64,000 nt of DNA, taken from Chloroherpetonaceae bacterium (GTDB lineage: Bacteria > Bacteroidota > Chlorobiia > Chlorobiales > Thermochlorobacteraceae). Shown piece after piece: positions 10,788 through 17,922 of the stretch. A program made the position numbers and the translations under genes. Each line of letters starts with the position of its first letter. The stretch's first letter is position 1. Location: assembly GCA_033763895.1 (NCBI GenBank), contig JANRJQ010000007.1:322178-386177 (forward strand), given 5' to 3'. A model generated the notes under the pieces. The model saw only the letters and a program-made list of their open reading frames with translations, had not been told where the DNA came from and ran no database searches.

Positions 10788-12557
10788 ATGATTAAAAACT
10801 ACTTTACACTCTATTATCTCGCGGCTGAAATTCAAGATGCCGTTCAAGGCGGGTTTGTTATCGATTGCTTTACTCAATCAAAAAATGAATTGCGTATTGC
10901 ATTTGCAACACCTTCCAAAAAAGATTACACCATTATCTTCAATGCCGAGCGCGCGGATATCGCCCTTTACTTCACCCGCGACTCCGCCCGCCAACGCCGC
11001 AATACCACCAGTCTCTTTTCGCCTTTGCGCGAAAAAGAGCTTACGTCGCTTCGCCTTGCCGATCGCGACCGCGTCCTCTCCTTCTTTTTTTCAGAATCGC
11101 TTCAATTGCAATTTCAACTCTTCAGCGCCGATACCTCATGCGCATTGTTTCAAAAAACGGGCGAGACTTGGGAATTGATTGAAAGCTTCAAGAGGAAATC
11201 TCCGGATGTCGCCTTGCCAAAGGAGTCAAAGAATCAATCCACATTCATCTCCGAAGCCTTTGCGCCATTGCCTTTAGAAGCCTCGCCTTCTTTTTTTGCC
11301 GAGTTTGAATCACTCGTTCAATCTCCTGAGAAACTTGAGGCGCGGCTTCGTGAAAGGTTAGATCAATCGACGCAGCCATTTTCTCTTGCGAAAAATTCCC
11401 GCGAAATCTTCCCTTACTTCGATTCCTTTCTTACCAAAGCATTTATCGCCCGCTTTGGAAAGGCATCGCTTGACACGGCGTCGCTTCATACCGATATGCC
11501 GCAGCTTGCCGCAGCACTTGAATCGCTTTTTGATGATCTCTTAAGCCCTGCCCCAACAGTTTACATTGAAGGTGAAGCAAGCGATTCGCCCGTCTGTCAC
11601 TTTTCACTTTTTGCCGATAGCCCAAAAGAAGGCGATACCATCTTCACTTTTGAAAGTGTGAACGATGCACTCTCGGCGTATGCCTATCACCGATACCGAC
11701 TTCTTCACACTCAAAAGGAGCGGCTGAACATGAAGAAAAATTTAGAACGGCTGATCAAAAAAAATGAATCCACCCTTCAGGCCCTTTCAACCAATGAGCA
11801 ATCAAGCCGCATCGCTAAGTATGAAGCCGAGGCCTCGCTGCTTGCAATGAACCGCTCGCTCTTAAAAAAGGGCATGACCTCGGTTACTGTTCAACATTTT
11901 GAGGCACCCTTTGAGCCCGTAACCCTTAAGCTTTTGCCCGATAAATGCCCGCAAGAAAATATCGACCTTGCTTTTCTCTCTGCTCGCAAAGCCAAAGAGA
12001 AGAAGGCCTTTCAAGAAAAACGGCGTGCCGAGCTTGCCCAATATCTTATTGAGCAATACGCGCTTTTAGAAAAGCTTGTGCAAATGAAAAGTTCAAAAGA
12101 GTTTCTTGAATTGAAACAGCGCGAAGCCTCGTTACTCACCCGTTTTGGACTCCTTTCTCAAAAGGAAGCGGAGGAAACCTTTCTCTTTCGAAAATTTCCG
12201 ATCTCCGGCAATGCAGAGCTTTGGGTGGGGAAAAATGCAAAGAATAACGACTTGCTTACGCTTCGCTATGCCAAGCCAAGCGATGTGTGGCTTCATGCCC
12301 GTGGGGTTGCGGGGTCGCATTGTGTGTTGAAATCGCACAGGCCGCCGAGCATCGTCGAGATTGAACGAGCGGCGGAAATCGCGGCGTATTATTCCACGGC
12401 ACGCACTTCCGATTTGGTGCCTGTGATTTATACCGAAAAGAAATATGTCCGCAAGCCTAAGGGGGCCGCGCTTGGCGCAGTGACGGTTGAGCGTGAGAAT
12501 GTCATCCTCGTTCCGCCAAAACCCTTCGGCCCAAAATCCGACGACGACACGGATTGA
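10788..12557 (+). CDS. NFACT-family protein (FbpA N-terminal domain + DUF814; RqcH-like)
   Basis: C-terminal DUF814-type block WVGKNAKNNDLLTLRYAKPSDVWLHARGVAGSHCVLK. The track ORF starts at 10722; the internal MIKNYFTLYYLA at 10788 is the more plausible start. Confidence 0.75.
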   Translation: MIKNYFTLYYLAAEIQDAVQGGFVIDCFTQSKNELRIAFATPSKKDYTIIFNAERADIALYFTRDSARQRRNTTSLFSPLREKELTSLRLADRDRVLSFFFSESLQLQFQLFSADTSCALFQKTGETWELIESFKRKSPDVALPKESKNQSTFISEAFAPLPLEASPSFFAEFESLVQSPEKLEARLRERLDQSTQPFSLAKNSREIFPYFDSFLTKAFIARFGKASLDTASLHTDMPQLAAALESLFDDLLSPAPTVYIEGEASDSPVCHFSLFADSPKEGDTIFTFESVNDALSAYAYHRYRLLHTQKERLNMKKNLERLIKKNESTLQALSTNEQSSRIAKYEAEASLLAMNRSLLKKGMTSVTVQHFEAPFEPVTLKLLPDKCPQENIDLAFLSARKAKEKKAFQEKRRAELAQYLIEQYALLEKLVQMKSSKEFLELKQREASLLTRFGLLSQKEAEETFLFRKFPISGNAELWVGKNAKNNDLLTLRYAKPSDVWLHARGVAGSHCVLKSHRPPSIVEIERAAEIAAYYSTARTSDLVPVIYTEKKYVRKPKGAALGAVTVERENVILVPPKPFGPKSDDDTD

Positions 12558-12574
12558 TCAATGAAAGCGATGGC

Positions 12575-12890
12575 TCTGCCTGCGCTGCACTGAGCCCTGA
12601 TGTGTCGTAACCACCTTCCTTATCCTGTCATTCCCGCAAGCGAAGCGCGTCGGGAATCCCGCACGCCTCTTAAAAGTCATGTCATAACGGACTTAAACTG
12701 AACTCGTCAAGCTCGTTGCCGTATCTGACATGTCATACATTCGCGCTGTGGTTGAGCCTGCGCGGTGGTTGAGCCTATGTGGTGGTTGAGCCTGTGTGGT
12801 GGTTGAGCTTGTCGAAACCACCTTCCTTATCCTGTCATTCCCGCAAGCGAAGCGCGTCGGGAATCCCGCACGGCACATATCATCTGCGCA
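12575..12890. repeat. Family-B composite hairpin repeat cluster
   Basis: A perfect 57-bp direct repeat AACCACCTTCCTTATCCTGTCATTCCCGCAAGCGAAGCGCGTCGGGAATCCCGCACG lies at 12609-12665 and 12816-12872. A 17-bp tandem unit GTGGTTGAGCCTGNNNG occurs four times at 12748-12815. The hairpins are ATTCCCG/CGGGAAT and GGTGGTT/AACCACC. Confidence 0.9.
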
Positions 12891-12992
12891 AATCAGCCCA
12901 AACCGCGTTCTCAGCGTTCCATCGCCTTCATTCTCAGACGGTGAAAAAATTCGCTTTAAAATTCCCCATCTCTTTTCTAAATTCTGAAATAC

Positions 12993-13021
12993 TTGTTCTT
13001 CAATAGTCTCACAACTTAAAT
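12993..13021 (+). promoter_or_regulatory. Promoter-like TTGTTC-N17-TTAAAT inside conserved block C, pointing toward array 1
   Basis: TTGTTC at 12993-12998, a 17-nt spacer, then TTAAAT at 13016-13021. The same hexamers with the same spacing recur at 53964-53992 upstream of array 2. Confidence 0.3.
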
Positions 13022-13189
13022 CACCTCGACTTATGGAAACTCACCTTACAGTCAATCAAGGTTTAACCGAACACAAAAAAATATCGACATTATTATATCA
13101 CTCCCTTCAAACGGATTTCCGACATCTGAATGAAGAACGCATCACTTTCAGGGTTAAAACTGAATATTTTGGGTTCAGAGCTCGGCATT

Positions 13190-13515
13190 TGCACCTAAAA
13201 CATTCACTGTTGGAGGTTCGAACCCCAAGTTTCGACCTAAAACATTGAAATTTGGAGCTTTTACCTCGAGAATTCGATCTTTGACCTCGACTTTTCGACC
13301 TAAAACATCGAAAATTGGTTCTTTGACCTTCAAGCTACGACCTCAAACCTCGACAGTTGAAGCTTTTAGCTCGACTTTTCGACCTTTGACCTCGGCTTTT
13401 GAGGCTTTGAGGTGGGGGGGAGTACCTCAGAGGTGGGAGGGGGTTACCTCGGAAGTGGGGTAATGACTCAAATAGGTGGAATTTGGGGGGGATTGAGGGC
13501 GGAAAGTTACTTAGA
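13190..13515. repeat. Degenerate ~21/42-bp periodic repeat tract ending in G-runs
   Basis: CGACCTAAAACAT-type units start at 13191, 13233, 13296, 13338 and 13379. They are followed by GAGGTGGG...ACCTC units with a period of about 21-22 bp and runs of G7, G3, G5, G4 and G7. Confidence 0.7.
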
Positions 13516-13647
13516 AAATCCAATGCGATAAAAACTGCGGTTTTACGCATGTTTGAATTTTATTTCAGATTAACTTAATTAATTGGGTGGTTTTACGAAT
13601 GTTTTTGAGGGATTTTATAGAAGTTCGTAAAACCATTTGTTGTGTGC
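13515..13647 (+). promoter_or_regulatory. attI-like leader, copy 1
   Basis: GGTTTTACG at 13539-13547 and 13589-13597 (direct) and CGTAAAACC at 13626-13634 (inverted), followed by GTTGTGTGC at 13639-13647. Homologous by manual alignment to 54036-54166. Confidence 0.55.
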
Positions 13648-13696
13648 AACCCTAAAAGACGACCGTGCAGACAGAAACGAGAGGACAAAATGAAGA

Positions 13697-13777
13697 AGCC
13701 AACGCACATTCAAGCACATTTGCCTGCCAACTCAAAGGCGACCACTTCGCAGGCAAAAGAGCTTGAATTTTGCCAAC
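13697..13777 (+). repeat. Structured palindromic element A, upstream of the R-M operon
   Basis: AGCCAAC, then ATTCAAGC-aca-TTTGCCTGC, a 21-nt loop, GCAGGCAAA-aga-GCTTGAAT, then GCCAAC. Same architecture as element B at 16324-16406, but both stems are changed in a compensatory way. Confidence 0.7.
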
Positions 13778-13820
13778 ACACGGGAACAATAAGACACGTA
13801 TTTTGCTAACTTTGTAACCT

Positions 13821-15389
13821 ATGACAAATAATATAAATATCGAACCTTTAAACCAAGAACTTCCAAGCAAGTTTGCGGATAGGTTAGGTATTTATTACAC
13901 GCAACAAGTAACAACTAAACATAAAAAAGACAACGGACAGTTTTTTACACCGACAGAAATTGCCCAACTTATGGCTTCTTATTGCGACTTGACAAAGAAT
14001 ACAATCAGAATTTTAGACCCAGGTTGCGGAACAGCTATTTTGACTTGTGCTTTAATTGAACATTTAGTTGAAACACGAAATGACATAGAACTTATTGACT
14101 TAGTTGCTTATGAAACAGACCCGGACTTAATTACATTTTCACAAAAGGTATTGACATATTTAAAAAAATGGCTTTTAGAAAAGGGTATTAAATTTCAATA
14201 TTTACTTCACATTCACGACTTCATTTTAGACAATGCAAAAGCATTAAAAGAAAACTATAACGGTGAACAATTTGATTTAATAATTTCAAATCCACCCTAC
14301 TTTAAACTTGCAAAGGATGATGAAAAAACCATTGCAGCAAAAGAGTTAGTAAGCGGACAGCCCAATATCTATTCAATTTTTATGGGCATTGCTGCAAAAC
14401 TTCTTTCTGAAAACGGAGAGTTGATTTTTATTACACCGAGAAGTTTTGCGTCAGGCAATTATTTTAAAGCATTCAGAGAACTGTTTTTTAACACTGTTCA
14501 AATTGACAAAATACATTTGTTTAATTCACGTAAAGACACCTTTAATCGTGACAGCGTTTTGCAAGAAACTGTTGTAATAAAAGCAATCAGAGAAGAAATC
14601 AATCCAAACAAAAATGTGCTTGTTTCTTCAAGCATAGGAATTAAAGACATTTTTCAACCTACGATAAAATATTTCAATTCTTCAGAACTCATTGACCTAA
14701 ATTCAAAAGAGAAAATTTTGCATTTGCCGACAAGCGACAAAGAAGAAAATATTTTGAATTTGGTTTCTACTTGGCACAATGTTCTGACTGATTTTGACAT
14801 AAAAATTTCAACGGGACCCGTTGTTTCATTTCGGGCTTTAGAGTTTATTCAAAACAACTATGAGAACGGAACAGTTTTTTTAGCTCCTTTATTTTGGCTA
14901 CATAACGTAAACAAAATGACTTTAGAATGGCCAAAACAACTAAAAGAAAAAGGACAATTCATAAGAATAGAAAACGGTTCTAAATCATTACTGCTACCAA
15001 ATAAAAACTACATTTTATTAAGACGCTTTAGCACAAAAGACGACAAGAGCAGATTGATTGCAGCACCTTATTTCTGCAACTATGTTAAATCATATTTTGT
15101 AGGAGTTGAAAACAAAGTGAATTACATATACAGAAAAGACGGACACTTAGACCGTAACGAAGTTGTTGGACTTTGTGCATTACTGAATAGTGAATTATTT
15201 GACACTTACTTTCAAATTTTCAACGGAAACGTAAATGTAAGTGCAACCGAACTTAGAGAAATGAGATTTCCACCATTAGAAAACATAAAAGAAATTGGCA
15301 ATAAAATCATACTTTCCAACGACTACTCAATGAACAATGTAAACAACATTGTAAACGAGCTTTTTGAATTGGAAGTAATAATGAATTGA
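13821..15389 (+). CDS. N6-adenine DNA methyltransferase (Eco57I/PstI-type, gamma class)
   Basis: 522 aa. FFTP near the N-terminus, AdoMet motif ILDPGCGTAIL and catalytic motif LIISNPPYF. Followed 1 nt later by a restriction endonuclease gene. Confidence 0.9.
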   Translation: MTNNINIEPLNQELPSKFADRLGIYYTQQVTTKHKKDNGQFFTPTEIAQLMASYCDLTKNTIRILDPGCGTAILTCALIEHLVETRNDIELIDLVAYETDPDLITFSQKVLTYLKKWLLEKGIKFQYLLHIHDFILDNAKALKENYNGEQFDLIISNPPYFKLAKDDEKTIAAKELVSGQPNIYSIFMGIAAKLLSENGELIFITPRSFASGNYFKAFRELFFNTVQIDKIHLFNSRKDTFNRDSVLQETVVIKAIREEINPNKNVLVSSSIGIKDIFQPTIKYFNSSELIDLNSKEKILHLPTSDKEENILNLVSTWHNVLTDFDIKISTGPVVSFRALEFIQNNYENGTVFLAPLFWLHNVNKMTLEWPKQLKEKGQFIRIENGSKSLLLPNKNYILLRRFSTKDDKSRLIAAPYFCNYVKSYFVGVENKVNYIYRKDGHLDRNEVVGLCALLNSELFDTYFQIFNGNVNVSATELREMRFPPLENIKEIGNKIILSNDYSMNNVNNIVNELFELEVIMN

Positions 15390-15390
15390 T

Positions 15391-16326
15391 ATGAGTAAAA
15401 CAGAAGAAGCACAAGAGATACTGAAAGCATTAGGACTGCCGCCAGCACAATACAACGAAATGGCGGCATTGACATTTTTAGCAATCTGTAACATTAAGGA
15501 AAATGACAGTTGGGCAAACGCAACTCGTCAAAGTTTAGGCGTTACAAAAGGAATAATGACTTTTGTAAATGACAATTACGGTAAATCATATGCACCAAAT
15601 ACAAGAGAAACATTTAGAAGACAAGTGCTTCACCAATTTGTTCAGGCAAGGGTTGTTGACTACAACCCCGACAAACCTGATTTGCCAGTAAACAGCCCAA
15701 ATGCTCATTACGCTTTAACAAAGGAAGTTTTGGAAGTTGTAAAAACATACAAAACCAAAAATTGGGACAAAGCTCTTAAAAACTTCATTGACACGGTTGG
15801 AAAACTTTCAGAAGTGTATTTGAAAGAAAGAGAATTAAATCAAATCCCTGTTACACTTCAAAACGGAGAAACAATAAAACTTTCCGCAGGAAAACATAAT
15901 GAAGTTCAAGCTGCAATAGTTGAACAGTTTGCTCCACGTTTTGCAAATGGTGGTACACTTCTATACTTAGGCGACACAGCAAAAAAAGATTTGTTTGTGG
16001 ACGAAAAAGGGCTAAAAGATTTGGGCATTCCAATTGACCAACACAGCAAACTACCTGACGTTGTAATTTATGACAGTAAAAGAAAATGGTTGTTTCTAAT
16101 TGAAGCCGTAACTTCTCACGGACCTGTTTCGCCCAAACGACTTTTAGAGCTTGAAGAATTTTTAAAAGACTGCAAAGTTGGTAAGGTTTACGTGACCGCT
16201 TTTCCCGATATGTCAGAGTTTAAGAAACATTCAAACAACATTGCTTGGGAGACAGAAGTTTGGTTAATGGAAGTTCCTGACCATATGATACATTTTAACG
16301 GAGACAGATTTATGGGGCCAAGATAG
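15391..16326 (+). CDS. Type II restriction endonuclease, BsuBI/PstI family
   Basis: 311 aa, tightly coupled to the methyltransferase. N-terminal HTH-like EEAQEILKALGLPPAQYNEMAALTFLA and C-terminal DVVIYDSKRKWLFLIEAVTSHGPV, which match my recollection of this family. Not verified by search. Confidence 0.75.
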   Translation: MSKTEEAQEILKALGLPPAQYNEMAALTFLAICNIKENDSWANATRQSLGVTKGIMTFVNDNYGKSYAPNTRETFRRQVLHQFVQARVVDYNPDKPDLPVNSPNAHYALTKEVLEVVKTYKTKNWDKALKNFIDTVGKLSEVYLKERELNQIPVTLQNGETIKLSAGKHNEVQAAIVEQFAPRFANGGTLLYLGDTAKKDLFVDEKGLKDLGIPIDQHSKLPDVVIYDSKRKWLFLIEAVTSHGPVSPKRLLELEEFLKDCKVGKVYVTAFPDMSEFKKHSNNIAWETEVWLMEVPDHMIHFNGDRFMGPR

Positions 16327-16406
16327 CCAACGCAATTGGTGGCACATTTGCAAAACCGCACAAGCCAAAGCTAAAGCCAAGTTTTGCAAAAGAGCCACCA
16401 AGCCAA
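16324..16406 (+). repeat. Structured palindromic element B, downstream of the R-M operon
   Basis: AGCCAAC (16324-16330), TTGGTGGC-aca-TTTGCAAAAC (16335-16355), a 24-nt loop, GTTTTGCAAA-aga-GCCACCAA (16380-16400), then GCCAAC (16401-16406). Confidence 0.7.
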
Positions 16407-16462
16407 CGCCAACAAAAACTGACACTAAATGACTGAAAAACAGACGACAAAAACAGAAGGGC

Positions 16463-16597
16463 AGCACACAACAGCGGTTTTGCGTAATGGCGGGTTCGGT
16501 GCTTCGCATGACAGTTTAGTGGTAGGTTCAAGTTCAGTTCTTCGATTGAACTTTTGTGCTAAAAATCCGCCACTACGCCAAGCCGCTCCCCATTAGC
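16463..16597 (+). repeat. attC-like imperfect palindrome 1
   Basis: Left arm GCACACAAC-AGCGGTTTTGCGTAATGGCGG pairs, with mismatches and a CCCCA bulge, with CCGCCACTACGCCAAGCCGCT-cccca-TTAGCC. Near-identical by manual alignment to 61370-61502. Confidence 0.65.
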
Positions 16598-16659
16598 CGT
16601 CATTGTAAAGCGACACTTAGAAAAAACCTTAAATTTGAAACGAACTAAAGAATAACAAA

Positions 16660-17115
16660 ATGCTAAAACTGGAATTCAAAAAAGACATTAACACAACAGC
16701 TCAAAAAGTTTATGAATCGATGTTGGGTTTAAAGAACAAAAGCACATATGAACATTGGACCTCTGCCTTCAACCCTACTTCTACTTACGAAGGGAATTGG
16801 GAAATTGGAAGTAAAATTTATTTTGTTGGAATGGACGAAAATGGAAAAAAAGGAGGAATGGTTTCAAGAATTGAAGATAATCAACCTTCTAAATTTGTTT
16901 CTATCCAACATTACGGATTCTTAAATGGAGATGATGAAATAACTACTGGCGAACAAGTTGAAAAATGGTCAGGCGGACACGAAAATTATACATTTCAAGA
17001 AACCAATGGCATAACAACTGTGACAGTAGAAATTGACGTAATTGAAGAATATTCAGATTATTTCAAAGACAACTATCCAAAAGCATTAGATAAATTGAAA
17101 GAAATTTGTGAATAA
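16660..17115 (+). CDS. SRPBCC (AHSA1/START-like) domain protein
   Basis: 151 aa. Size and pattern (KVYESMLG...WTSAF...GGxxxGRI...) are typical of SRPBCC ligand-binding proteins. Lies in a cassette. Confidence 0.7.
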   Translation: MLKLEFKKDINTTAQKVYESMLGLKNKSTYEHWTSAFNPTSTYEGNWEIGSKIYFVGMDENGKKGGMVSRIEDNQPSKFVSIQHYGFLNGDDEITTGEQVEKWSGGHENYTFQETNGITTVTVEIDVIEEYSDYFKDNYPKALDKLKEICE

Positions 17116-17124
17116 CATTTTTGT

Positions 17125-17487
17125 ATGCAAGAAACAGACAAACATAACGAACGAATTGCAAAAATGACTTTTGCTTCTGTTTTTCCGCATTACGTTACAA
17201 AAGTAGAAAGTAAAGGAAGAACAAAGGACGAACTGTATCAAGTTATTAAGTGGTTAACAGATTTTGACAAAGCAAAAATTCAACAACTCATTGATGAAAA
17301 AGTAACTTTTGAAACTTTCTTTGAAAGGGCAACTCTAAACCCAAATGCGGAAAAAATTACAGGAATGATTTGTGGTTACAGAATTGAAGAAATTCAAAAC
17401 CCTTTAACTAAAAAAGCAAGATATTTGGACAAAATAATTGACGAATTAGCAAAAGGTAAGAAAATAGAAAAAATTTTAAGACAATAA
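17125..17487 (+). CDS. DUF2200 family protein
   Basis: 120 aa. KMTFASVFPHYVTKVESKGRTKDELYQVIKWLT...YLDKIIDELAKGKKIEKIL matches my recollection of DUF2200. Confidence 0.6.
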   Translation: MQETDKHNERIAKMTFASVFPHYVTKVESKGRTKDELYQVIKWLTDFDKAKIQQLIDEKVTFETFFERATLNPNAEKITGMICGYRIEEIQNPLTKKARYLDKIIDELAKGKKIEKILRQ

Positions 17488-17503
17488 TAAAAAAACAATA
17501 AGA

Positions 17504-17911
17504 ATGGCAAAACAAGTTTTTATCAATTTAGCAGTAAAAGACCTTCAAAAATCAATGGTTTTTTATACTGCACTTGGCTTTTCAAATAATCCACAATTTT
17601 CTGATGATACTGCAAAATGTATGGTTTGGAGTGAAAACATTTATGTTATGTTACTAACCCACGAAAAATTTTCAACTTTTACAACAAAGCAAATCGCTGA
17701 TACAAAATCGAAAATTGCAGGACTTTTTTCATTGTCTTTAGAAAGTATTGAAGAAGTGAATATACTTATGACAAATGGACTTAATGCTGGTGGAATTGAA
17801 CCCAATGAAATGAGAGATTATGGATTTATGCAACAACGAACTATTGAAGATTTTGACGGACACACTTGGGAAGTATTTTATATGGATATGAGTAAATTTC
17901 CAACTGAATAA
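17504..17911 (+). CDS. VOC (glyoxalase/bleomycin-resistance fold) family protein
   Basis: 135 aa. FINLAVKDLQKSMVFYTALGF...DFDGHTWEVFYM is typical of the VOC fold. Confidence 0.8.
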   Translation: MAKQVFINLAVKDLQKSMVFYTALGFSNNPQFSDDTAKCMVWSENIYVMLLTHEKFSTFTTKQIADTKSKIAGLFSLSLESIEEVNILMTNGLNAGGIEPNEMRDYGFMQQRTIEDFDGHTWEVFYMDMSKFPTE

Positions 17912-17922
17912 AAACAACGAAC

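Noticed and set aside
12748-12815. 17-bp tandem repeat and the 21/42-bp tract at 13190-13515, considered as a CRISPR array
   Set aside because: There are no unique spacers of phage-like length between the repeats. The units are contiguous and degenerate, and no cas genes are present.
13000-13520. Search for a decayed integrase gene next to the leaders (13.0-13.5 kb and 53.3-54.0 kb)
   Set aside because: No frame on either strand shows tyrosine-recombinase motifs (R..HxxR..Y). The regions consist of repeats, so the arrays are reported as integrase-less within this window.
13690-13809. 39-codon ORF with a good Shine-Dalgarno sequence (GAGAGGA) upstream of the methyltransferase; considered as a controller or leader peptide
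   Set aside because: It coincides almost exactly with structured palindromic element A. A homologous element downstream of the operon has no such ORF, and the ORF is too short for a C-protein HTH.
16324-16406. Element B considered as an additional attC-like site (it starts AGCCAAC-GCAATTGG, like palindrome 6)
   Set aside because: Its right end reads GCCAAC again rather than a GTT/TT box, and it has a covarying twin upstream of the operon. It is treated as a separate element class.
16264-16531. ORFs 16264..16509 and 16310..16531 (-)
   Set aside because: They run through element B and attC-like palindrome 1. Their translations are low-complexity products of palindromic DNA.
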